Shown here in pieces: positions 1 through 8,159 of a DNA stretch of 64,000 bases. The stretch is from Candidatus Eremiobacteria bacterium. GTDB taxonomy: Bacteria; Vulcanimicrobiota; Vulcanimicrobiia; Vulcanimicrobiales; Vulcanimicrobiaceae. The translations under genes and the position numbers were made by a program. Where the stretch lies: contig CAVWUU010000003.1 in the NCBI GenBank assembly GCA_963758295.1, positions 224,001 to 288,000 on the forward strand, given 5' to 3'. The notes under the pieces were generated by a model. The model saw nothing but the letters and a program-made list of their open reading frames with translations, was not told the DNA's origin and did no database searches. The first letter of the stretch is position 1. Every line of letters begins with the position of its first letter.

Positions 1-471
1 GAAGAGTACGGTGACGGTGTTTACCTCAAGGCGCGAATCGGGCTTTTCTTGATAGATGGATGTTTGGAACGTTCCGGCGATCGCACCTTCGGCGACGAAC
101 GACGCGCATTCGGTTTCGTGCCCGGCGACCTGCGCCGGAAGCGCAATCGCGATTTCGCCGACGTTTTTGCGCCCGAGATTGCGCACGGCCGTACCCGCGT
201 AACGCGCGAGCAATTGCGGCTCGAACTTTGCGCTTTCGCCCAAACCAACGATGAGCACCCGGTGGAACGGCTGATCTTTCGCGTGAACGAGTGCCGTTTC
301 GTTGGGTTTGCCTTTAATTTCGCCCGACGACAACACGTCGGCGATCGCGCCACCGAGGACGGAATCGACGGCCTTTGCCGCACCGGTCAGTTCTCCGTCG
401 GAAAACACCGGAACGACCAATGCTCCGGCGTGAACTGCTGCCGGCGCATCTTGAGCGATACGGACTTGCAT
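1..471 (-). CDS. pepA: Leucyl aminopeptidase (M17), N-terminal domain; runs off the window edge
   Basis: Not in the ORF track. Manual translation from ATG at 471: MQVRIAQDAPAAVHAGALVVPVFSDGELTGAAKAVDSVLGGAIADVLSSGEIKGK...RVLIVGLGE...AEGAIAGTF, a typical M17 N-terminal domain; open to position 1. Confidence 0.85.
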   Translation of the reverse strand, partial: MQVRIAQDAPAAVHAGALVVPVFSDGELTGAAKAVDSVLGGAIADVLSSGEIKGKPNETALVHAKDQPFHRVLIVGLGESAKFEPQLLARYAGTAVRNLGRKNVGEIAIALPAQVAGHETECASFVAEGAIAGTFQTSIYQEKPDSRLEVNTVTVLF

Positions 472-570
472 GGTCAACCTTTCAAGTGGGTGAACTACTG
501 CGCCTGATATGGCGAAGAATTTTGGAGTTTGTTCGTGCGTTGAGGCGCACCGGCCCTGCGGGAGGCGAAA

Positions 571-1605
571 ATGAGCGATGAAAGTCGCACGCAGGACGCA
601 TACGCGCGCGCCGGCGTCGATATCGCGGCCGGCAACGAGGCGGTGGCGCGCTATAAAGGCGTGCTGGGTGCCTGGCGCCACCCCGATCAGCTCGATGCTA
701 TAGGCGGCTTTGGCGGCGTCTTCCGGCTCCCGGGCGGGGGAGAACAGGCCTTGGTTGCCTCGGCAGACGGCGTAGGCACCAAAATTCTGATCGCGGCGGA
801 GCTTCAACGCTACGACGGCGTGGGACGCGATCTGGTGAACCATTGCGTCAACGATATTCTCGTCGTCAACGCGTCGCCGATGTTTTTCCTTGATTATCTC
901 GCGGTCGGTAAACTCGATCCCGAGATCGCGGCGCAAGTCGTGCAGGGATGCGCGCAAGCATGCCGCGCACACAATTGTGCGCTGCTCGGCGGCGAAACGG
1001 CGGAGATGCCGGGATTATATTCTCCCGGGCATTTCGATCTGGCCGGCACGATCGTCGGCATCGTGAACGTCAACGATGTCCCGGCGCCCGAAACAATTGA
1101 AACGGGCGACGCGATAATCGGACTGCCGGCAGTAGGCCTTCATACGAACGGCTATTCTCTGGCGCGCGCGCTTATTGCGCCCGACGAATGGAACGCGCCC
1201 TTTAACGGCACGACGTACGCCGACGCGCTGCTCGCCGAACATCCGTCATACTATGACGCGGTGCGCGCGATTCAAAAAGTAGCGCGCGTAAAGACGATGT
1301 CGCACATTACCGGCGGCGGTTTACTGGAAAACGTCCCCCGCACGCTGCCGGCAAACGTCAAAGCCGTTTTCGAACAAGCGCGTTGGAAAGTGCCGCCCAT
1401 CATGCAAGAGCTTGTGCGGCGCGGGAAACTTCAACACGAGGAGAAGTATCGCACGCTCAACATGGGGATCGGATACACGCTTGTCGTCCCGCTCGCCGAC
1501 GCGCAAAAGGCCGTCGACGCAGCGCAAGGCGCGAAGGTGGTCGGTTGGATCGAGGCGCGCAATGACGATGAGCCGCAGGTCTTGATTCACGAGGCGCGGT
1601 CATGA
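571..1605 (+). CDS. purM: Phosphoribosylformylglycinamidine cyclo-ligase (AIR synthetase)
   Basis: YARAGVDI, IGGFGG, DGVGTK, GGETAEMPG, GLHTNGYSL, HITGGG and TLNMGIG motifs; GGAGG RBS. Confidence 0.97.
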   Translation: MSDESRTQDAYARAGVDIAAGNEAVARYKGVLGAWRHPDQLDAIGGFGGVFRLPGGGEQALVASADGVGTKILIAAELQRYDGVGRDLVNHCVNDILVVNASPMFFLDYLAVGKLDPEIAAQVVQGCAQACRAHNCALLGGETAEMPGLYSPGHFDLAGTIVGIVNVNDVPAPETIETGDAIIGLPAVGLHTNGYSLARALIAPDEWNAPFNGTTYADALLAEHPSYYDAVRAIQKVARVKTMSHITGGGLLENVPRTLPANVKAVFEQARWKVPPIMQELVRRGKLQHEEKYRTLNMGIGYTLVVPLADAQKAVDAAQGAKVVGWIEARNDDEPQVLIHEARS

Positions 1606-1937
1606 GCGGCGATGCTTTGCTCAAAGGAATTACCGCCGCGGCAACGGCGGAAGGCCAGACGCGTGAAGAGCGCGCGCAGCACGTGGCGCAAATCGTGCGG
1701 GATCGCCGCAGTTATAAGTGGGTCGGCGTTTTCGACGTAGACGAAAACGAAGAAGGCGTTTTGCTCGGCGAAGCGGGCAACGGTCCCTCCGGCGATCATT
1801 TGAGCATGCCGATCCTGGGACCGGAAACCGGGGCGCTTATGGGGACGCTCGACGTCGAAGGACGCGAAGATCTCACGCACGACGACGAAATCTTCCTCGA
1901 AGACTGCAGCGCTGCGCTTCTGGCGATCTACGAATAG
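1602..1937 (+). CDS. Small GAF-like domain protein
   Basis: YKWVGVF...LSMPIL...GTLDVE...DEIFLEDCSAAL resembles a shortened GAF (fRMsr-like) fold; ATGA overlap with purM. Confidence 0.65.
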   Translation: MSGDALLKGITAAATAEGQTREERAQHVAQIVRDRRSYKWVGVFDVDENEEGVLLGEAGNGPSGDHLSMPILGPETGALMGTLDVEGREDLTHDDEIFLEDCSAALLAIYE

Positions 1938-1940
1938 CCG

Positions 1941-3074
1941 TTGACCGAAATGCTGAATCTGCTCGTCGAACTCGACGAGCGTTTTGACGAGGCCGCGAGC
2001 GCAGCCGCATTGCAAACTATCGAAAATGCCGGCTTTGACGTTCGCGACGCTCACGGCGCCGACGATCGAACCCTCGCATGGATCGACGACGTCTTCGGCG
2101 GCGCCTGGAGTTCGGAGGCAAACGCTTCAAGCAACATCGTTGCGACGAAGGACGGCGCTCCCGTCGGGTTTGCGAGTTACGATCCCGCGGAGTTACGTTT
2201 CGCGTGGTTACGCGGCGCCGCTGCGCAGGATGACACGGCGGTCTTCGGACCGTTCGGCGTCGATCCGGCGCACCGGGGCGGACCGCTCGGGCCGGCGTTA
2301 TTGACGGCAGCGCTGGCAGGGCTTCGCTCGCGCGGCGCGCGCAGTGCCTGCATTGCAGCCGTCGGAAACCGTAAACTCGTCGAGTACTATGCGCGTCACG
2401 CACGAGCTCGCGTCGCTGAAGAGTTCGATTTGCGTTCGTTTACGCCGAAACCGGTTCGCACGGTGGTTCTCGCCTCCGGAAGCGGGTCCAATTTTCAGTC
2501 GGTGCTGGACCGCGTGGCAGACGGATCGTTGCCGCTCGAGATGCGAGCCTTGGTTTCGAATAAATCGTCGGCGTTTGCCATCGAGCGCGCGAATTTGGCG
2601 AACGTGCCGCACGTGCACGTGTTGCCGTGGAAGCGTGCCGAACAAACGCGTGAAGCGTACGACGAACTGCTTTTAGAGACCGTCGCCGCGGAAGAGCCGC
2701 AACTCGTGCTGTTGCTGGGATGGATGCATCTGTTGGCGCCCTCGTTCGTCACGGCGTTCCCGGAACTCATCAACGTGCACCCCGCGTTCTTGCCGCTTGA
2801 TTCGAGTTGCGATTTCGTCGGCATGCCCGACGGTGCGACGATCCCGGCATTTCGCGGAGCGTTTGCCGTGCGCGACGCCCTCCAAGCCGCGAGTCCATGG
2901 ATCGGCGCGAGCGTGCATGTGGTAACGCCGATAGCGGATCGCGGCCCGATTCTTGTTCGCAAACCGTTGCGCGTGCAAGCCGATGAAACCGAGGAGCGGT
3001 TGCTGGAACGCTTGCATCCGGTCGAGCATTCGTTGGTAGAACGCGGCATTCGCCGATGGCTTTACGAGCGCTAA
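1941..3074 (+). CDS. purN: Fusion of an N-terminal GNAT acetyltransferase domain and phosphoribosylglycinamide formyltransferase
   Basis: N-terminal FGPFGVDPAHRGGPLG (GNAT motif A); C-terminal VVLASGSGSNFQ, LLGWMHLL, INVHPAFLP, GASVHVV..DRGPI, EH (PurN). Confidence 0.88.
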   Translation: MTEMLNLLVELDERFDEAASAAALQTIENAGFDVRDAHGADDRTLAWIDDVFGGAWSSEANASSNIVATKDGAPVGFASYDPAELRFAWLRGAAAQDDTAVFGPFGVDPAHRGGPLGPALLTAALAGLRSRGARSACIAAVGNRKLVEYYARHARARVAEEFDLRSFTPKPVRTVVLASGSGSNFQSVLDRVADGSLPLEMRALVSNKSSAFAIERANLANVPHVHVLPWKRAEQTREAYDELLLETVAAEEPQLVLLLGWMHLLAPSFVTAFPELINVHPAFLPLDSSCDFVGMPDGATIPAFRGAFAVRDALQAASPWIGASVHVVTPIADRGPILVRKPLRVQADETEERLLERLHPVEHSLVERGIRRWLYER

Positions 3075-3156
3075 AGCGAGCAGCGGGTTCGCTGTCTATC
3101 CGCGCGGCGCGGGTAGAATCTTCCGGCATAAAATCTCTAGCATAAGGAGATCGTTC

Positions 3157-3630
3157 GTGAGAAAAACTACCATTGCGTTCGCTGCCCTGCTTGCGGGAGC
3201 GTTGAGCGTAGGAATCGCGCCGGCGCAGGAAACCGCTCCGCCGCCGCCCGCTGGGACGACGACGCAACAAACGACAACCACCACAACCACAACGACGAAC
3301 AACGACACCGATACCACCGTCGATCCGGCGGACGTAGGTCCCAACAATCAGTACGGCGATCCGATCTGCGGCACATGGACAAACGGAACTTGGACGGATA
3401 ACGGCCATTGCCCGGGCTATGCCGTCGGCCCGCGCCGCTCGCACGTTGTCGGGACAATCACCGCCGTTAAGGGGCATCTGGTAACCGTTCAGCAGTCGAC
3501 CAAGACCGTTGTCATCAACGACACGCCGGCGTTAAACAATCAAACCACCGGCAAAGTGGCCGTGGGACGTCAGATCGATGCCTATGGATACTGGAAAGAC
3601 GGCAACTTTTACGCGACGCACATTCTCTAA
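3157..3630 (+). CDS. Secreted hypothetical protein with a Thr-rich linker
   Basis: AAGGAG RBS; signal peptide; poly-Thr tract; C-terminal beta-rich domain. Confidence 0.75.
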   Translation: MRKTTIAFAALLAGALSVGIAPAQETAPPPPAGTTTQQTTTTTTTTTNNDTDTTVDPADVGPNNQYGDPICGTWTNGTWTDNGHCPGYAVGPRRSHVVGTITAVKGHLVTVQQSTKTVVINDTPALNNQTTGKVAVGRQIDAYGYWKDGNFYATHIL

Positions 3631-4616
3631 ATACGACCGTCGCTAACGGGGGAGACCGGCTCGCTTCGCGGGCCGGTTTCTTTTTCGTTTAGGATTGCTC
3701 CGAGCAACTCCGCCACTTGGCTCGCTTCCGCCAGAAAGGCATCGTGTCCGTGATCGCTCGCAAGCTCGAAATACGGCGCGTTGAAACGGTGCGCCGTCTC
3801 CTCGATGTCTCGTGGACGGAAAAGCCAATCCGAGCTAATGCCTATGAAACTAAGCGGGGCGCATTCATCGTGCACGCGGTCGCGAACGTCGAAGGAATCC
3901 ATCGCGTGTGTAAGCGCTACGTAGGACGATGATTCCATTCGATCGCGGAATTTGTGCGCCTGATGGTTAAGATACCCTTCGACGTCGAATAAATCGGGGT
4001 TCGTGCGGTCGCGCCGACGGCCGTGCCGCGTTTCCAGCAGGTCTTCCGATTTGTACGTAAGCATTGCAACTTTGCGCGCGAGGCCGAGGCCTCGTTCGGG
4101 ATCGAGTTCGATGCATTCCCGTTGAATCGCGTTGAGGGCAACGGCCATCGGCGTACACCGGTCGTGGGCGCCGATAATGACAGCTCGTCCGACGTCGTGA
4201 GGAGCATCGAGTGCCCATTGAAACGCCTGCATGCCGCCGACGGATCCGCCGGTGACGACCGCGAGGCGCGATAGTCCAAGTGCAGTCAACGCCATCCGCT
4301 GCGCGCGCACGATATCGCGGATCGTGATGCGCGGAAATTTCGTCGCGCCTGACGGTTGCGTAGAGCCGTAACAACTGCCCAGCGCGTTGATCCCTACGAC
4401 GCACCAATGCGCGGGATCGAAAAATGCGCCCGGTCCGGCAATCCCGGGCCACCATTCCATCACGCGACTCGATCCGGTGAGAGCGTGCGGGATGAGGACG
4501 ACGTTCCCGCCGTCCTCCGCCGCATCTCCGTAGATCGTCACTCGCTGCTCGACTGCCGGAAGCACCGTCCCGTTCTCCAGCGGCAAGGCGCCGATACAAA
4601 CGGTCTTTTCGATCAC
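3627..4616 (-). CDS. metX: Homoserine O-acetyl(acyl)transferase
   Basis: HALTG, NALGSCYGS, GGSVGGMQA nucleophile elbow, SDWLF, HGHDAFL. Confidence 0.93.
   Translation of the reverse strand: MIEKTVCIGALPLENGTVLPAVEQRVTIYGDAAEDGGNVVLIPHALTGSSRVMEWWPGIAGPGAFFDPAHWCVVGINALGSCYGSTQPSGATKFPRITIRDIVRAQRMALTALGLSRLAVVTGGSVGGMQAFQWALDAPHDVGRAVIIGAHDRCTPMAVALNAIQRECIELDPERGLGLARKVAMLTYKSEDLLETRHGRRRDRTNPDLFDVEGYLNHQAHKFRDRMESSSYVALTHAMDSFDVRDRVHDECAPLSFIGISSDWLFRPRDIEETAHRFNAPYFELASDHGHDAFLAEASQVAELLGAILNEKETGPRSEPVSPVSDGRI
3652..3685 (+). terminator. Intrinsic terminator for the 3157-3630 gene, lying within the 3' coding tail of metX
   Basis: GAGACCGGCTCGC-TTC-GCGGGCCGGTTTC followed by TTTTT. Confidence 0.7.
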
Positions 4617-5914
4617 GCGCTTGCGTCGAGAGATCGAGCGAGATCGCCAATGATGTCGCGCTTGTCTTCGATTCCGACGGACAGCCGGATCGTCGATCCG
4701 GTTACGCCGCTTTGCAGCCGCTCTTCGTCGCTGAGCTGCTGATGCGTCGTACTCGCAGGATGAATCACCAGCGATTTTGCGTCACCGACGTTGGCAAGCA
4801 GCGAGAAAAGTTGCAGCCGGTCGATAAACGAACGAGCCTCGCGTTCTCCGCCATCGATTTCAAACGTCAGAATCGCTCCGGAACCTTCCGGTAAGTAGCG
4901 CTTCGCGCGAGCGCCGGCGGCATCGTTGCGAAGGCCGGGATAAGACACAGCCTTTACTTTCGGGTGAGCGGCGAGGAATTCTGCAACGGCGAGCGCGTTG
5001 CTGCTGTGGCGCTCCACGCGAAGCGCCAGCGTCTCGAGGCCCTGAAGCAGCAGCCACGCATTGAAGGGCGAAAGAGCCGCGCCGACGTCGCGCAGCAATT
5101 GGACCCGCGCTTTCAAGATGTAGGCGATGTTGCCGAAGACGCGTGCGTATTGCAATCCGTGATAAGACGGATCCGGGTCTACGAATTCCGCGAAGCGCTC
5201 CGCATTGGCCCAGTCGAAGGTTCCACCGTCTACGATGACGCCGCCGATGGCGGTGCCGTGGCCGCCGATGAATTTCGTCGCCGAATGTACGACGATGTCG
5301 GCGCCGTGTTCGATGGGCCGGAGCAGAACCGGCGTCGCCAGCGTGTTGTCGACAATGAAAGGCAACCCGTTTCGATGCGCGATATCCGCGAATAGTGCGA
5401 CGTCGAGTACGTCGATTTTGGGATTGCCGATAGTCTCGGCAAAGATGGCCTTGGTGTTCGGCCGGATCGCCGCTTCCACGGCGGAGGGGTCGTTGAAGTT
5501 CACGAGGCTCACCTCGATTCCGAACCGCTTGAGTGTATGCGCGAACGCGTTGTACGTTCCGCCGTACAGCGAGGAAGAACTGACAATGTGATCGCCCGCT
5601 TTTGCAAGCGTGAGAATCGAGTAGACGACAGCGGCCTGGCCGCTCGCGACGGCAAGAGCTGCGGCGCCTTTTTCCAGTGCCGCTAGGCGCTGTTCGAGAA
5701 CGTCGGTCGTGGGGTTGTTGATCCGCGTGTAGATATTTCCAAACTCTTCAAGGGCGAAGAGTTTTCCGGCGTGTTCGGTGGAGTCGAAGAGATACGACGT
5801 CGTCTGGTAGATGGGCACGGCGCGCGCTTTGGTGGCGGGATCGCCGTTGTGGCCGCCATGGATGGCGATAGTATTGAATTGCTGTTGGAGCGGAGATTCA
5901 AGGGTAGTGCTCAC
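4613..5914 (-). CDS. metY: O-acetylhomoserine aminocarboxypropyltransferase (sulfhydrylase)
   Basis: PIYQTTSY, YTRINNPT, HSATKFIGGHG (PLP lysine), ANVGDAKSL; GTG start at 5914 with AAGGA RBS. Confidence 0.95.
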   Translation of the reverse strand: MSTTLESPLQQQFNTIAIHGGHNGDPATKARAVPIYQTTSYLFDSTEHAGKLFALEEFGNIYTRINNPTTDVLEQRLAALEKGAAALAVASGQAAVVYSILTLAKAGDHIVSSSSLYGGTYNAFAHTLKRFGIEVSLVNFNDPSAVEAAIRPNTKAIFAETIGNPKIDVLDVALFADIAHRNGLPFIVDNTLATPVLLRPIEHGADIVVHSATKFIGGHGTAIGGVIVDGGTFDWANAERFAEFVDPDPSYHGLQYARVFGNIAYILKARVQLLRDVGAALSPFNAWLLLQGLETLALRVERHSSNALAVAEFLAAHPKVKAVSYPGLRNDAAGARAKRYLPEGSGAILTFEIDGGEREARSFIDRLQLFSLLANVGDAKSLVIHPASTTHQQLSDEERLQSGVTGSTIRLSVGIEDKRDIIGDLARSLDASA

Positions 5915-5921
5915 TGAGGTA

Positions 5922-7082
5922 TTATCCTTTCCCGGCAATGAGTGCGTCCGGTTCGGACGATGCCGGCGCGTCGGTGAGTGGTTTGAGGCAACGTTCGTCC
6001 CACACGCGATAGCGTGGGAGTTTCGCATGGGACCGCAACTCCGAAAAGAGCGGTAAGACTTCGAATGCCGGCGCAAGCGAGTGCCGCTGCGCGCGGTAGG
6101 TTAGGTCGTGGCGTTCGCCGATGGCGCGCAGCGCGCTCACGGCATCGCCGAGTACCGCGGAAGCAGTAGCGCGGCCGCCGGCGCCGACTCCGTGCAGAAG
6201 AAGCGAACCGGCATCGCGCGCCTCTACGTGCACGGCATTTTCCGCGCCGCGAGCCCGTGCGAAGGGATGCTCGCGTGGAACGAGCACTGGCGCAACTTCT
6301 GCTGCAACGCCCGTAGACGTGGCACGGGCCGCCGCAAGCAGGCGGATACGGAAACCAAGCCGGTCCGCAAACTGCACGTCGGCGCGCGTTATGCCGGTGA
6401 TTCCACGGTGTCGAATGCGCGGCGAGATGACCGCAAGTCCGAACGCGAGCTGAACTAGTACGGCAAGCTTATGCGTCGCATCCGTGCCGTCCACGTCGTA
6501 TGCCGGATCGGCCTCGGCGAAGCCGAGCTGCTGCGCTTTCGCGAGTGCTTCCTCGAATTCGGCCCCGCCTTCCATTGCGCTCAGAACGTACGTGCATGTG
6601 CCGTTCACGACGCCTGCGAGCGCGTGGGTGCGATCTCCGGCAAGGGCCTCGTCCAGCATCCGAACGATCGGAACGGCGCCGCAAACGGCCGCCTCATAAC
6701 GCATGGTAACGCGTCGCGCATCGGCGAGGGCCCGCAGGCGCGGTCCTTGCGTCGCAAGCAGATCTTTATTGGCCGTAACGACGTGGCGTCCGCGATCGAG
6801 CGCGCGTTCGATGAGCTCTGCGGCGTCGGTAGTGCCGCCGATGCACTCGATCAATAGATCGACGAGCGGATCGTCGATTAGCGCGTGCGGATCAGAAGTG
6901 AGAAGGGAATGCGGAATTGCGGCCGTGCGTGGTTTTGCGGTATCGCGAACGGCAATGCCGCGAAGCGTGAAACGAACGCCGCTCCGGCGTTCTAAGGCGT
7001 CGCTTTCGGTTAGCAAACGTTCGGCGACGGCCGTTCCGACCGTGCCGCACCCAAGCAAACCGATGCCTAAAGTCCATTGCAT
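5922..7082 (-). CDS. hom: Homoserine dehydrogenase (no evident C-terminal ACT domain)
   Basis: GLLGCGTVG, VVTANKD, YEAAVCGAVP, NGTCTY, GFAEADP..DVDG.D..HK, GAGG..TASAV. Confidence 0.95.
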   Translation of the reverse strand: MQWTLGIGLLGCGTVGTAVAERLLTESDALERRSGVRFTLRGIAVRDTAKPRTAAIPHSLLTSDPHALIDDPLVDLLIECIGGTTDAAELIERALDRGRHVVTANKDLLATQGPRLRALADARRVTMRYEAAVCGAVPIVRMLDEALAGDRTHALAGVVNGTCTYVLSAMEGGAEFEEALAKAQQLGFAEADPAYDVDGTDATHKLAVLVQLAFGLAVISPRIRHRGITGITRADVQFADRLGFRIRLLAAARATSTGVAAEVAPVLVPREHPFARARGAENAVHVEARDAGSLLLHGVGAGGRATASAVLGDAVSALRAIGERHDLTYRAQRHSLAPAFEVLPLFSELRSHAKLPRYRVWDERCLKPLTDAPASSEPDALIAGKG

Positions 7083-7114
7083 TCCGTGCTTCCTTTTGAG
7101 ACGGGAAAGCGAGG

Positions 7115-7150
7115 AAACAAAAATGCCCCGCCGGTTCTCCGGCGGGGCAT
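7115..7150 (-). terminator. Attenuator terminator upstream of hom
   Basis: Perfect 12-bp stem ATGCCCCGCCGG-AGAA-CCGGCGGGGCAT followed by TTTTGTTT on the minus strand, about 33 nt before the hom ATG. Confidence 0.9.
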
Positions 7151-7186
7151 CTGTGAAACTCGATTGGTGCTCTTACATGAAGCCTT

Positions 7187-7267
7187 TCATCGGTTCACGA
7201 CGTTGCCCGCCGGGTGCATTTGCATCCAACACATGGGGCGCATCGTGGCGACGAAGCTTGCTAACAT
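7187..7267 (-). CDS. Met-rich leader peptide (26 aa: MLASFVATMRPMCWMQMHPAGNVVNR)
   Basis: Manual translation; 4 internal Met plus 1 Cys in codons 9-17; sits between the promoter and the terminator of the met operon. Confidence 0.8.
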   Translation of the reverse strand: MLASFVATMRPMCWMQMHPAGNVVNR

Positions 7268-7274
7268 TTCGGAA

Positions 7275-7303
7275 AGGCTAACACACACCCTCGGCGCCGT
7301 CAA
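7275..7303 (-). promoter_or_regulatory. Sigma70-type promoter of the met operon, giving a leaderless transcript
   Basis: TTGACG-N17-TAGCCT with TG extended -10; leader ATG is 7 nt downstream of the -10. Confidence 0.75.
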
Positions 7304-7338
7304 GTGACGGTGATGGAACTCGTGGGTACCATGCCGTT

Positions 7339-7569
7339 ATGGCACAAGAAAAGTCGGGCGATCATAAGCATCACGAACACGAGCCTACGGCAGCCGAAGC
7401 ATCGCAACGCGCCGCGCAAGAACGGGAGCAGCAGCGAATTCGCGAGTTAAACGATCTCTCTCGTCAAAACCGCGGCGTTGAAAGGGGAGCGACGGACCTT
7501 GCTCCGCACGAAAACATGACGCCGGCGGAAGAACATCGCGCCGGACCCTTACCCGATCAAAAGCGCTAA
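7339..7569 (+). CDS. Small hydrophilic hypothetical protein
   Basis: 76-aa charged ORF; TACCAT -10-like hexamer 6 nt before the ATG. Confidence 0.6.
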   Translation: MAQEKSGDHKHHEHEPTAAEASQRAAQEREQQRIRELNDLSRQNRGVERGATDLAPHENMTPAEEHRAGPLPDQKR

Positions 7570-8048
7570 CAGCGTCGCGCGCGCATGTCGGCGTGCAATT
7601 GCCGGAGGCGATCGGAAACATAGCCGCGTTCGTCTTGCGTCAGCGTTGAATTTTTCAGTTCGGCGCTTTCGTACGCGATCATCGACTTGTCTGCATCGCA
7701 CGATCCATAGTAGATGTGAGGGACGGCAAATGCGCCCTGTGCGAGCGGCGCCGCAGAAAAGGGTGCGCCGGCGCTGGAATTCGGAATCAGCGGAGGCGGC
7801 GTCGGTGCGCCGGGCGGTTTAGATATGAGCGGCCGCGTATTGATCCGGTACTGCAGCTCCGAAATCTGCTCTTGAATCGCTAACCGCTGTTGCTGCGAAA
7901 CGCCCGGTTGCGTCAACTGGTACTGAAGTTGCGCGATCGTCTGCCGGTCGACGGTTGACTGCGGCAGCGTTTGGGCGGTTGCTATGGCCGGCGTCAGAGC
8001 TGCCGATAGCATGACTATTCGGGCAAGGTGCGCGGCATCGAGAATCAT
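7566..8048 (-). CDS. Secreted hypothetical protein
   Basis: Signal peptide (..AIATA/Q); Gln/Pro-rich; TATACT hexamer just upstream of the ATG. Confidence 0.65.
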   Translation of the reverse strand: MILDAAHLARIVMLSAALTPAIATAQTLPQSTVDRQTIAQLQYQLTQPGVSQQQRLAIQEQISELQYRINTRPLISKPPGAPTPPPLIPNSSAGAPFSAAPLAQGAFAVPHIYYGSCDADKSMIAYESAELKNSTLTQDERGYVSDRLRQLHADMRARRC

Positions 8049-8159
8049 GTTTTAGTATACCCGTCAGCGAAGCGAACGCCGCGCAACTTCAGCGGCTACG
8101 TAGTTCGACCAATTCGCCGCCATCGTTCCACTTCAACAGGTACGAAAAAGCAGCTTTTT

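Noticed and set aside
21..581. ORF-track ORFs at 21-383, 49-507, 60-254 and 375-581
   Set aside because: Shadow ORFs of the real minus-strand pepA frame (471 to the window edge). The same applies to most short GC-rich ORFs in the track.
7083..7275. SAM-I riboswitch or Met T-box upstream of the met operon
   Set aside because: No ATC(A/C)AGAG...GGCAACC...GGTGC core and no AGGTGGTACC T-box sequence visible; the leader-peptide model explains the region better. An Rfam search is still needed.
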